Below are positions 50,764 through 62,254 of a stretch of DNA of 64,000 nucleotides, piece after piece (the first letter of the stretch is position 1; the number at the start of each line of letters is the position of its first letter). A model generated the notes under the pieces. The model was not told the origin of the DNA, did no database searches, and saw only the letters and a program-made list of their open reading frames with translations. The stretch is taken from assembly GCF_018350175.1 (NCBI RefSeq), contig NC_058372.1, forward strand, positions 119,226,001 to 119,290,000, read 5' to 3'. This DNA is from Felis catus. Lineage: Eukaryota. A program made the translations under genes and the position numbers.

Positions 50764-51645
50764 ATTTCAAATTGAGGAATTTATTGATATATTGGGAATT
50801 TAATGACCCAGTAAATTGAGGAGGAAAAATGGTACCTCAATTTCAGGGGCATAACTTTTCTGCTTCGTTTTTGTGGTGAACTAAACATCTTCAAGTATTT
50901 GACAGAAATGTGCTTACTAAACAATGGTTGACCCAGAGTTTATATTTCCCAGTTTCTCCAAATCTGTGTACTTCCCTGCTTTGTCGGTTCTTTACTTATG
51001 TTTCATGTCCAGGCCTCCCTTTCAACCTTGTCTTTAAGCCGCTTTCAAAGGTTTCCAGTGAAATCTTGCCCATCCCTGTCTTCTCTGGACTCCGTGTGCT
51101 TGGCTTCCATTTTAAGCTGTTTGTTTCTTGGGGGCCCATCTTTCTGTAGCTCCTGGAGATCTCCGAGCCATACACATCGGTCACTCCAGACTCAGAGCCA
51201 GACTCATATTTTATATCGTTGGAGACATTTTGTGGAATAATTATGAGCAGACCTTGTAAAATGCGTACCAGAGATTGTCCTTTATGTGATTGTCTCTTAT
51301 CCCATGAGGTACGTTGTTTTTCCTTCCAGCCATTGTGGAGGGCCGTTTTCTGCCATTTCTTTTCTCTTTATTACACTATCCAGAGTGGTACATTGTTGGT
51401 GAACTAAATAACAATATATTATAAGTTATGGTAGAAGGATGAACTGTTCAAGAAGGGATGATATGGTATAAAGCTCTTTGGAGAATATTGTTAAACATCT
51501 CATGTCATGCCATTCACAAAAGCAAAGCAAATTTCTTTCAGATGTTAGAAGAGTCAAAGAAAATATTTTATAATTTTTCACTGGAGGAACCCTGACTGAA
51601 ACCGCCTGTAGCTTTCTGCACATAATTTAAATTTTACGACTTCAA

Positions 51646-51850
51646 GGGCGCCTGGGTGACTCAGTCAGTTGAGCGTCCGACTTCGGCTCAGGTCATGATC
51701 TCATGGTTTGTGTGTTTGAGTCCCGGGTCAGACTCTGTACTGCTCAGAGCCTGGAATCTGCTTCCGATCCTGTGTCTTCCCTTTCTCTGCCCCTCCCTTG
51801 TTTGTGCTCTGTATGTCTCTCTCTCTCTCTCTCTCAAGTTAAAACTTCAA
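51646..51850 (+). mobile_element. Can-SINE
   Basis: Head, (CT)n and tail. Confidence 0.92.
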
Positions 51851-52249
51851 AAGAAAACAAATTTGGGGGGAGGGAGGCAAACTTGGGGAAATTACTGGCA
51901 GCAAACATGGTGAAGGGAAGGTTAATAGATTTAAAAACATAGAGGCCTTTTCCAAAACAGGCATAGCTTAACACCTCCCATACAAATAAATAGGCGATTT
52001 TACGGAGGAAAAAAGTATGATTAATAAATACATTAAAATGCCAAACGTACACATAATTTTAAAATGTTAAAATGTGGCAGTGGTTCATATATCAAGTGGG
52101 CAAATATTAGAAGAATAAGAAATACCTGATAACAATTAGGGTGTGGAAAATTGAGCACTCTTGAGAAAGTAGAACTTGTTCACATACATCTCACAAGAAT
52201 ACAACTTAGTATCAGTTTTCGGAGGGGAATTAAATTTTTTTTATAAATT

Positions 52250-52480
52250 TTATTTATTTTTTTTTAATTTTTTTTCAACGTTTTTATTTATTTTTGGGAC
52301 AGAGAGAGACAGAGCATGAACGGGGGAGGGGCAGAGAGAGAAGGAGACACAGAATCGGAAACAGGCTCCAGGCTCCGAGCCATCAACCCAGAGCCCGACG
52401 CGGGGCTCGAACTCACGGACCGCGAGATCGTGACCTGGCTGAAGTCGGACGCTTAACCGACTGAGCCACCCAGGCGCCCC
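52250..52480 (-). mobile_element. Young felid SINE (SINEC_Fc-type)
   Basis: CpG-intact; flanks tttttttataaatttta. Confidence 0.95.
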
Positions 52481-52695
52481 TTTTTTTATAAATTTTAAAA
52501 TACACCTGTCATTTCTAGTAAGGAATCCAAAAAAAAAAAAAAAAGTCAGTCAAGGAAGCAAACATCACAAGGACATTTACTGTATAATTCTTAATTATTA
52601 CTTGGAATAATCTAGGAGCAGTGTGGACTGAATTCAATAAACTATGCTCTAACCACATAATGGGATGTTTTGGTGCCATTAAAAAGCACTAACAA

Positions 52696-52852
52696 GGGGC
52701 GCCTGGGTGGCTCAGTTGATTAAGCATCCAACTCTTGATTTCAGCTCAAGTCATGATCGAGAGATCATGGACATGGAACCTGCTTAAGATTCTCTCTCTC
52801 CCTCTCCCTTTGCCTCTCCCCTGCTCAAGCTCTCTGTCAAGAAAAAAAAAAA
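52696..52852 (+). mobile_element. Can-SINE (short)
   Basis: TSD aaaagcactaa. Confidence 0.92.
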
Positions 52853-53798
52853 AGCACTAATGAGTTCTGCATAAATTGATATATGCATACACTTCCTACA
52901 TGCTTTTACAAAGTGTAACTTTATGTGTAATAGACAGTATGTATCTGGTGGGGGGTGGGGTGGGGTGGAGAATTTGCTTTGTAATTTATCTTTATCATTT
53001 TAATGTATGAAAATGAGATGAAAATATTAAAATAGATATTACAGTAAATGAATAAATAAATAAACAAACAAAAGAGATATTACCCACATGTGTCTACTTT
53101 TACCTGAGCATTGAAGTTAGGTTTATCGATGTATTTGCTTGTTTTATTTCAGGGGAAGATCTTTTGAGTATATATCTCTGCTACATTTTTCTTCCTAAAG
53201 AAATGAAATTGTAGCTGCGTTGGTATATTTCAGGGACTACATCTTAAAGTGATTCAATTATCTTAGGTATTACATCTTAATGTTGTTAAGCATTTGGTTT
53301 TTTATTTGTTTGTTTGTTTTGCAGCAGATCTCTAAGTTTCTCGAACTCTTCCCCTCTAATATTAATAATGTGCTATATTCAGGAGCTATGGGAGCTAGCA
53401 ACAGTCACTTCTCAATCTGTCATTTGTATTTTATTTCTACGCTTTAGGTCCCCTCTTGAAAAGCGAAAACAGCAACAGTGCAGATGTTCAGTCCATCACC
53501 TGCTTTGAGAGACTCAGCTTCCTAGCAGGCTGGAAGGAGCACTTCTCTTCCTGAAGGGGATGCCCCGGGTCTGCTCCTTAGAGGCAGGGAGACAGATTCC
53601 TTAATAGACCTCACAGAACACCCATAGATGCTACTGTGGAGGCCAAGGCCCCTGGAGCTTTGATGTCACACCGGGGCGGGGGACGGGGGGGGGGGGGGGG
53701 GGGAGGAAGGAGTAGAATCCCTAAATTTACTGGGATCTGTTTCTTGTTCCTGGTGGGCTATGAGCCTCTAAGCAATACTTAAGAATATTGTAAAACAA

Positions 53799-53930
53799 GG
53801 GGCAGCTTGGTGGCTCGACTGGTTAAGCCTCTGACTCTTGGTTTCGGCTCAGATCATGATCTCATGAGTTCTGCCCCTCCCCCACTCACACTGTCTCTGT
53901 CTCTGTCAAAATAAATAAATACACTTTTTA
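53799..53930 (+). mobile_element. Can-SINE, internally deleted
   Basis: Head joined directly to the (CT)n and tail. Confidence 0.85.
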
Positions 53931-54079
53931 AAACAGAGCATTACAGAAAAATAAATTGCACTGTAGCACAGCTGAGTAAATAGTAGCCAAGAAATGTACC
54001 TGTCACTGTGTATATTGTATGTCCTCTCCCCTCTCCACACCTTAGTGCACATTGTCCTCTGTGACGATATCCTCCTGGT

Positions 54080-54288
54080 TTTTTTTATGTTTATTTATTT
54101 TTGTGTGTGAGAGACAGCACGCATGTGAGTAGGGGAGAGGCAGAGAGAGGTGGAGACACAGAATCAGAAGCAGGCTCCAGGCTCTGAGTTGTCAGCACAC
54201 AGCCCCATGCCGGGCTCAATCCCATGAACCACAAGATCATGACCTGAGCTGAAGTCGGTCACTTACCCAACTAAGCCACCCAGGAGCC
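54080..54288 (-). mobile_element. Can-SINE
   Basis: Antisense full-length. Confidence 0.92.
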
Positions 54289-54409
54289 TCTGGATATTCT
54301 GTTTTTACCATAAATCTCTCTTCTTAACCGACTAGACACATTTTAAGTTCATCTCCTTGGTAAATTTGCTCCCAACACACTTGGATAAAACTCAGTACTA
54401 TTATTAAAG

Positions 54410-54649
54410 CCTTTATTTATTTGTTTCTTTAATTTTACTTTTAAACTTTATTTATTTTGAGAGAGAGAGTGTGTGCATGTGAGCAAGGACAAGCGGGTAA
54501 GGGGCAGAGAGAGGGACAGAGAGAATCCCAAGCAGGCTCCGTGCTTTCAGCGCAGAGCTCGAAGTGGGCTGGATCTCACCACTGTGAGATCATGACCTGA
54601 ACCGAAATCAGGAGTTGGGCGCTTAACCGACTTACGCACCCAGGTGCCC
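54410..54649 (-). mobile_element. Can-SINE
   Basis: Antisense full-length. Confidence 0.92.
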
Positions 54650-54819
54650 TGATCATTAATGCCTTTATAACAAATAACTGACAACCTTAATTTTGAAGGG
54701 TAGCATAAATACCTTTCAAAATTGAATGCAAAGTAAAAATATTTTTAGATGAATAAAACCCGAGAATCTTCATTGCTGGCATACCCACGCAAAGAGAAGA
54801 ACTAAAGGGAGTGTTTTAT

Positions 54820-55034
54820 TTTAATTTTTAAAAAGTTTTTATTTATTTTTGAGACAGAGAGAGACAGAGCATGAGCAGGGCAGGGGCAGAGAGAGAAGGA
54901 GACACAGAACCCGAAGCAGGCTGCAGGCTCTGAGCTGTCAGCACAGAGCCCGATGTGGGGCTAGAACTCACCAACCGTGAGATCATGACCTAAACCGAAG
55001 TCCGACGCTTAACCGACTGACCCACCCAGGCGTC
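54820..55034 (-). mobile_element. Can-SINE
   Basis: Antisense full-length; flanks taaa(g/a)ggagt. Confidence 0.92.
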
Positions 55035-55539
55035 TCTAAAAGGAGTTTTCAACCTAGAAGGAAAATAATCCCAGAGGAAACACTGTAGTGTGGGAAGTAA
55101 TGAAGTGTGCCACAGAGTGTCAATACCAGAAAAATAAAATGAATGCTAGAAGTAAAAATAAATGTCTTTTTGACTTAAATTATATGCAGAATTAAATGAC
55201 CACGGTAGCAATAAAATGGCCAAGACAAACGGAGTTAAAGTATATATTGAAATGCCTGGCAAGCTTTTGCATTGCCCTGAATTGGCAAAATTATTAACTT
55301 ATTAACTTACTGGAGAATTTAATTAATCATATTAAAACTCTAGGATTCCAACAGAACAAGTATAAGTAAGTCCAATTTATAATTTCATGGGAGAAAAAGG
55401 GTGAATACTAAAAAATAATAATTTAAAATGAGTCCAGAATAATAAAAGAACAAAGAAAAAATGTGAAGAAAAAATATATTTAGTTAGTTTAAACCCAAAT
55501 ACATCAACAATTATATTAAATATATGAGAATACACATTC

Positions 55540-56480
55540 AGATTTTCATCCAATTAAAAGATGACCAGAAGACATGAACAGACATTTCTCCAAAGCAGAC
55601 ACCCAGATGGCCAACAGACACATGAAAAGATACTTAACATCACTCGTCAGTAGGAAAATACAAATCAAAACTACATGAGATATCACCTCACACCTATCAG
55701 AATGACTAAAATAAAAAATACAAGAAACAACAAGTGTTAGCAAGGATGTGCACATAAAGGAACTTGCACTGTTGGTGGAAATGCAAACTGGTGCAGCCAC
55801 TGCAGAACACGCTATGGAGTTTCCTCAAAAAGTTACGAACAGAACAACCCTACAATCCAGTAATCGCACTTCTGGCTACTTACCCCCAAAATACAAAAAC
55901 ACTAATTAACAGGGATACATGCACCCCTATGTTTATTGCAACATTATTTACAGTAGCCAAATTATGGAAGCAGCTCAAGTGTCCATCAACAAATGAATGA
56001 ATAAAGCAGATATGGTATACGCACACACACCACATGCAAATACAATGTAATATCACTCAGCTATAATAAGATAGAAATCTTGCCATTTGCAACACCATGG
56101 ATAGAACTAGAGTGTAATATTAAGCAAAATAAGCCAATCAGAGAAAGACAAATGCCATATGATTTCACTCATCTGTGAAATTTAAAGCACAAAAAAAAAA
56201 TTAGCAAAGAAAAAAAAAAGGAGAGAAAGAAAGTCATGAAATAGACTCTTAATTGTAGAGAACAAACTGATGTTCTCTATAAATAACCGAAGGGAGGTGG
56301 GTGAGGGATGAAGGGTGAACTAGGCGATGGGGATTAAGGAGTACCCTTGTGATGAGTTCCTCCATGATGTATGGAATTGTTCAATCACTATATTGTACAC
56401 ATGAAACTAATATAACACCATATGTCAACTATATTGGAATAAAATCGAATAAAATAAAGTAAAATGAAATAAAATAAAAT
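55540..56480 (+). mobile_element. Carnivore L1 ORF2 end and 3' UTR with (TAAAA)n tail
   Basis: [35 protein letters not shown] remnants; tail at 56440-56480. Confidence 0.92.
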
Positions 56481-58989
56481 TCAATCCAAAAAATGTGTCA
56501 AATAAAACTGAAATGAAGGGCATAACATGATAATAAGACAGAACCTAGTAAGTGTATTTCATTATGACCCATAGATTTGGTTTTGGTAGAAAAGGGAAAC
56601 TGATTAGCTATGCAATTAACAGTGGATGGAATAGTTATTTCGGAGATGAAGACTTATTCTTGGTAGTAAGACTGGAAGGTGTTCTACATCTCATGCACAA
56701 TGCAATTAAACTACTTGATTCTGTTCTAGCTTTAGTTTTGGGGCAATCAGACACCAAGATTTCAAAATTGGGGCATCATATCTTTGGGGTAGGAATGAAT
56801 ACATAAAAATAATACTTGCTATTTTTCTCTAATTTCTAGAATAATGTAAATCAACATTATCTACCAGCACATCATTTCTATTATTATACAAATGCTATGA
56901 AGTGGCAAAACTTCCTGAAATAGTGTGTTATTTCTGACTATACTGTGTTTGTAAGAAACTCTTATCTTTATTGGATTTTACAGATGATTAAAGGCACCCT
57001 AGAATGTTTAGTATCATTTTACCCACAATTCTTCAGTTCCAACACTGAATATCATCAATTTCTTTTGATTCTAGTGGTTTCAGTAGAGTAACTTTTTCTC
57101 ATCCTGTTCTGCAACCTAGAGAATCATCCTGCTGCCTCATTTTAAGAACAAGGAAGCTAAAACCAAAGTCTGGAGAATATCATAAAGCTTCTGGATTCAA
57201 ATAAACACTTTCAACATCTAGTTTAATACATTTACACTTGTCTTTTTTTTAGTGCCTTTCAAAATTAGACAAATCATCTAATTTTACCACTTCCTTTCCT
57301 AGATCAACATATTGTTCTATTTTTGTAAGTTTCTAAAAACTTTCATTATAAAGAAACCAGCTACTTCCCTCATTATTCTCTTCTGTGAACTTATTCTGGT
57401 TGTGTGCTGCCTTTGCTATTGGCCTTTGCATCAGTGAACATTTATTAAGTGCTTCTGTCTGGTATGCAACATGTGGGCTCTGGAACTGGAAAGATATAAC
57501 AATAAAGCCAATTTCAACCTAATAATGATTTATCCATGTCACGGAGTCTTCACTGGGTGCATGGGATCCCTTACCTGCACTCTCAGTCTTCTCAACAACC
57601 CTGTAAGAGGGCAAATATTATTACTTCTATTTCCTAAGTGAGGAGCCTGAGGCTTAAAGAAGTGAGTAGAAGGCCAAGGTAGCATATTTATTCAACAACA
57701 GGATCTTATTCATAGCCAGGCAGACAGAGAGTAAGTGCAGCAAACACCAACTATTCTTCCTTACAGAGGAGACTGTGGCCCCACCTCTGTATTCAGGTCA
57801 TTAGGAGCCATTTGGAACATGGGACTTTCCTTCTACCAAGGGCAGTATGAGCATCATAAAGAAAAGTGCAAAGTTCTTTGGGGAGACGGGGACATCAGAA
57901 GGAGTAATTGATTTGCTCTGGTGTAACATTTTAATCTACAGTTTTTCACTCATCCATACTTCTTCATTCTGGAAATAGCATTTTACCATACAAGGTATTT
58001 CCCCCTCTCTCTGGTCTCTCGGTTATATTTTAGAAATTGTTGGGTCCAGTCAAGGGAGCTGAAGAGGTGGGGCTGGGCACCTACTTTAAGATCTTCCTCT
58101 GTTATGCCTTGGCTCAAAAAATGTAACACTCTGAATTTGTTTTGATCCTGTTGATTGTGGAAGCATTTTCTAAACCTGTCCTAAATTGGACCCTGAAAGT
58201 TGTGGGGGACAGGTGGAAAGGGGAAGAATATAAATCCTAACTGAATATCCTAAGAATTAGCTAAGAGGGAATAATTAGAAATTAGACCCGGTAGAAAACT
58301 GGAAGATGTCTAGCTCTTTGTTTTATAAACTAAGGTACGGAGATCTGGGCTTCTGTCCAGATTCTTCCTGGAACAAGCATCAGGTCTTCCCCTCATTCCT
58401 GCTTTCAGACCACAACAAGACTTTCATCCCTGTCTCTCTGCCTCTGTCTCTGTCTCTCGTCTCTCTGCCTTTTTCTTTTTTGGACATAATATTCCTTTCT
58501 TATTAAGCTACCCTCTGCTAGAAAACATCAGAAAACCCCAGCTATTGTTCTACTCTGTTCTCATTTCCTTTTCCCCCATATATATTATATTAAAATTCTG
58601 TAAATATTGAAGTAGCTTGTTTGCCTTACCCTGTTTGAAGAGACCTCTTTATCCACACCTGCCTAAGGGCTTCCTGCATCATGAGCTACTGTCTTTTACC
58701 TTTTTACTACTTTTCACAATTTGTATTCATATATCCATTTATTTGTTTACTTGCTTAAGGTTTGTTTCCGGCTCAAGATTGCAAACTTCATGAGACAGGG
58801 ATCATGTGTACCCAGATTTTTTGTTCATTCCTTTGTTCATTGCTTTTCACCCAACTCCTGGCACTCAACAAATATATATTGAATTGATTAATGAATGAAT
58901 GAATATATCTCAGAATATGAAGGGAGATATAAAGTTATTTCTCTGTCCTAAATGTGTGCATCATGTATCATTATTTTTTGCCTAGAATA

Positions 58990-59208
58990 ATGTTTCTCAA
59001 TAGGCAGGTCATTGAGACATTTATCTTCCAGAGGACACTTGTCAATGTCTGAAGACATTTTTGATTTATGCTCTTGGGGAAATTTTACTGAAATCTACCA
59101 GCATCTAGTAGCAGGGACGCTGCTAAATCCTGTTCAATGTACAGGACAGATCCTTGCATCAGAGTTATCTGATCTCAAATGTCAACAGTGCTGAAATTGA
59201 GAAAGCCT
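58990..59208. mobile_element. MER20-like hAT-Charlie MITE
   Basis: tgtttctcaa..caatgtctgaagacattttt..gggacgctgctaaatcct..aaatgtcaacagtgctgaaattgagaaa. Confidence 0.8.
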
Positions 59209-60077
59209 GGCCTAGACCTTTGCCTATGGAAACAATTATTATTATTTTACAAAACCAGATTCTCAGGAAATATTAGAAATAATATTAGAAAGAATCTAAT
59301 TTTCTAGATTAGGAAGCAGATGGACAGATGGATTAATAATAATACCTGTGGCACTTTATAATTTGAAAAGCAAGTTCACACATGTGTAGGTCACAGCCCT
59401 GCAGTGGCAAGAGTCTTGAACGTTTCTTCGAGAAGTCTGAGTAATGCTCTGTGGAGTTCAACATTGCAGGGCTAGGAAATTATCAAGGAATTGTGTTCCC
59501 ATTTTCCAACTTTCTGGCCATTATTCCTTATTTGAATTCATTCAGCATCGGAACCGAAGTTCTATCAGTTAGAACCACAAATGTGTGTAGTCAGAGGGCT
59601 CACTGCCCATTTATCACGTGGACAGAGACATCACAGATATGCTTCCAGTGACAATGTCTGAGCAGAGAACCGATCTCCTTTCTACCAGCACTGATAGTCA
59701 TAGTACCTCAGAAGTGCTGGTGTGTCTAAATACCATGCTGTTCTTTAATGCTTGTGTGTGATGTATTTCACCAATCTCAAGCCGTCCTTAATGTATGTTA
59801 TCTTTTTTGTTTCTTGGTAGCCAGTGCAGATACAAGAATGGCTCCTGCCAAGAGAGAAAAAGCCAAGCATTAACTCTCACTATTTACACCATATTGTGTC
59901 TCTGTACAAAAATCCAAAGAGGTACCTCATCAGGACTGACAATAGGGGCAAGATTCAAGTCTAAGAAAAAAGAAATCTTTGACCCAAGAAGCGTGATGAC
60001 TAAGCTAATTTAATGTTAAGAGTTGTTTTATAGAATACCTTTCCTAATCATCACTATTGAAAATAATCTTCCAAGTT

Positions 60078-60101
60078 CACACCTTATACTATAGGGATTC
60101 C
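60078..60101 (+). promoter_or_regulatory. Shared TAAR upstream motif, copy 4 (TAAR6)
   Basis: CACACCTTATACTATAGGGATTCC, about 590-615 bp upstream of the ATG including an intervening SINE. Confidence 0.75.
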
Positions 60102-60366
60102 ATGCAGGGATTTCCCCATTGATAGCGTCTATTTATGTGGAAGGACTGCATGTCTTAGTAACACAGGTCAGACAACACAGAGATAAAGAGGAGGTGATCC
60201 TTCAACTCCACAGTTACATCCCATATCAGCAGCAGTTGCAAAGAAGAACACTAGAGGTAAAAAGAAAACCATATTTTTTATGAATAAAAGGGAATTTTAT
60301 CAAGTTAAAGAAACCAGGCATTATTTAGTTGAAATTAACACCACTAACCTTATACAATATAATTTT

Positions 60367-60549
60367 TAAATGTCTATTTATTTTGAGACAAAGAGCATGA
60401 GCAAGCCTGAGTGGGGAAGTAGCAGAGAGAGGGGGACCGAGAGAGAACCCCAAGTAGGGGACGCAGGGCTCAAACTTAGGAAATGCCAGACAACGACTGG
60501 ACAAAAATAAGAGGTGGATGCTCAACCGACTGAGCCACCCAGGTGCCCC
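60367..60549 (-). mobile_element. Can-SINE in the putative TAAR6 5' UTR intron
   Basis: TSD tacaatataatttt (60353-60366 and 60550-60563). Confidence 0.92.
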
Positions 60550-60693
60550 TACAATATAATTTTGTTCAATTTTAGTTTGTCATATAGAAAGCATTTAAGA
60601 TTTATAATAATAAGTGGAAAGAGGAAAAACATTAGTAATAGTATCTGATAATTTCTTTAGACAACCTGGCGAATTTACGTCTCCACATGCACC

Positions 60694-61731
60694 ATGAGCA
60701 CCAACTCTTCCCCCTCTGCATCCGAGCAGCTCTGCTACCAGAACATGACCGGATCCTGCGCGAAAGCCCCCTACTCGCCCGGACCCCGGCTCATTCTCTA
60801 CACACTGTTCAGCTTGGGGGCTGTGCTGGCCGTTTTTGGAAACCTCCTGGTGGTGATTTCAATCCTGCATTTCAAGCAGCTGCACTCGCCAACCAATTTT
60901 CTCATCGCCTCTCTGGCCTGTGCTGACTTTCTGGTGGGGGTGACCGTCATGCCCTTCAGCATGGTCAGGTCTGTGGAGGGCTGCTGGTACTTTGGGCCGA
61001 GTTTCTGTACCTTCCACACGTGCTGTGATGTGGCATTTTGTTATTCTTCCCTCTTCCACCTGTGCTTCATCTCCATCGACAGGTACATTGCTGTTACTGA
61101 GCCTCTGGTCTATCCTACCAAGTTCACGGTGTCCGTGTCGGGGACATGCATCGGCATCTCCTGGATCCTGCCCCTTGTATACAGTGGTGCTGTGTTCTAC
61201 ACAGGTGCCTATGATGATGGGCTGGAGGAATTATCTCGTGCCGTCAACTGCGTAGGAGGTTGTCAGACCGTTGTAAATCAAAACTGGGTGTTGATAGATT
61301 TTCTATCCTTCTTTATACCTACCCTCGTTATGATAATTCTCTATAGCAATATTTTTCTTGTGGCTAGACAACAGGCTAAAAAGATTGAAGATACTGGGGG
61401 CAAAATAGAATTGTCATCAGCTAGTTACAAATCCAGAGTGGCCAAGAGAGAACGAAAAGCAGCAAAAACCCTGGGTATCACTGTGGTAGCATTTATGATT
61501 TCATGGTTACCGTACAGTATTGACTCATTAATTGATGCTTATATGGGCTTCATAACCCCTGCCTACATCTATGAGATTTGCTGTTGGTGTGCTTATTATA
61601 ATTCAGCCATGAACCCTTTGATTTATGCTTTATTTTACCCGTGGTTCAGGAAGGCCTTAAAAATTATCATGAGTGGTTGGGTTTTCGAGGACAGTTCACC
61701 CACCATGAATTTGTTCTCTGAACAAATGTAA
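60694..61731 (+). CDS. TAAR6: Trace amine-associated receptor 6 (345 aa)
   Basis: Intact 7TM ORF with TAAR6-diagnostic [40 protein letters not shown] and TMNLFSEQ, at the same length as human TAAR6. The N-terminus differs from human TAAR6 and is shared with the third gene. Confidence 0.92.
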   Translation: MSTNSSPSASEQLCYQNMTGSCAKAPYSPGPRLILYTLFSLGAVLAVFGNLLVVISILHFKQLHSPTNFLIASLACADFLVGVTVMPFSMVRSVEGCWYFGPSFCTFHTCCDVAFCYSSLFHLCFISIDRYIAVTEPLVYPTKFTVSVSGTCIGISWILPLVYSGAVFYTGAYDDGLEELSRAVNCVGGCQTVVNQNWVLIDFLSFFIPTLVMIILYSNIFLVARQQAKKIEDTGGKIELSSASYKSRVAKRERKAAKTLGITVVAFMISWLPYSIDSLIDAYMGFITPAYIYEICCWCAYYNSAMNPLIYALFYPWFRKALKIIMSGWVFEDSSPTMNLFSEQM

Positions 61732-62254
61732 GCATTTGGACTGACGAAGTTCAATCTTTACTATTTCCATATGACATGAGTTGGTAAAAAGCAAGTAAGA
61801 CTATTAATGAAGAGAAAACCATTTACTCTTCAAATTTAACAGGATAAATCAATGCTTTCCAGTATTAACGGTGCACTTCCTTGTCATTTCTCAAAAAACA
61901 ATTTGCATGACTGGTAAATGTCAAATCCCTATTTGTTAACTTCTACAGAGCTCACCATACCTCCTTTCCTGCACACACTTCTCTCCCTCCCTTTTGCTCT
62001 TTTATTTCATTGATTCTTCCCTTCGTAGCCTGAAAACACCTTTAAAAAAAAAATTCTTTCCTCTTTTCCTTAGAAAGTTTTCTGCTCACTCCCAACTTGT
62101 CAAAAATTTCTCTGTGGTTAGCTTTCACATGGTTGTTGTCCTGTGTTTGTGTTTGTTTTTGTTTTTGCTTTTGTTTGTTTTTGGCTTTGTTTTGCTGCTT
62201 TTCCCAAAGGAAAACTTGGGGCAGCAGTGAAATCTATTATGCTGGATGTCTGCC

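Noticed and set aside
53672-53706. G-runs with G-quadruplex potential (also 19553-19572, 52948-52968, 63482-63502)
   Set aside because: Simple homopolymer expansions. The 63482 run is only five G in the paralogous flank near 51130, so it is not conserved.
59154-59161. TTGCATCA motif upstream of TAAR6
   Set aside because: It lies inside a MER20-like element. Other isolated copies (3371, 24570, 47743) show the 8-mer occurs by chance.
40474-60693. A separate canonical TAAR7 gene or pseudogene
   Set aside because: No TAAR-like remnant was seen outside the third gene in the ORF track or by eye. A highly decayed copy cannot be excluded without TBLASTN.
39519-61255. Antisense and alternative-frame ORFs overlapping the TAAR CDSs
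   Set aside because: Shadows of the coding sequence; they recur in paralogs only because of the conversion tracts.
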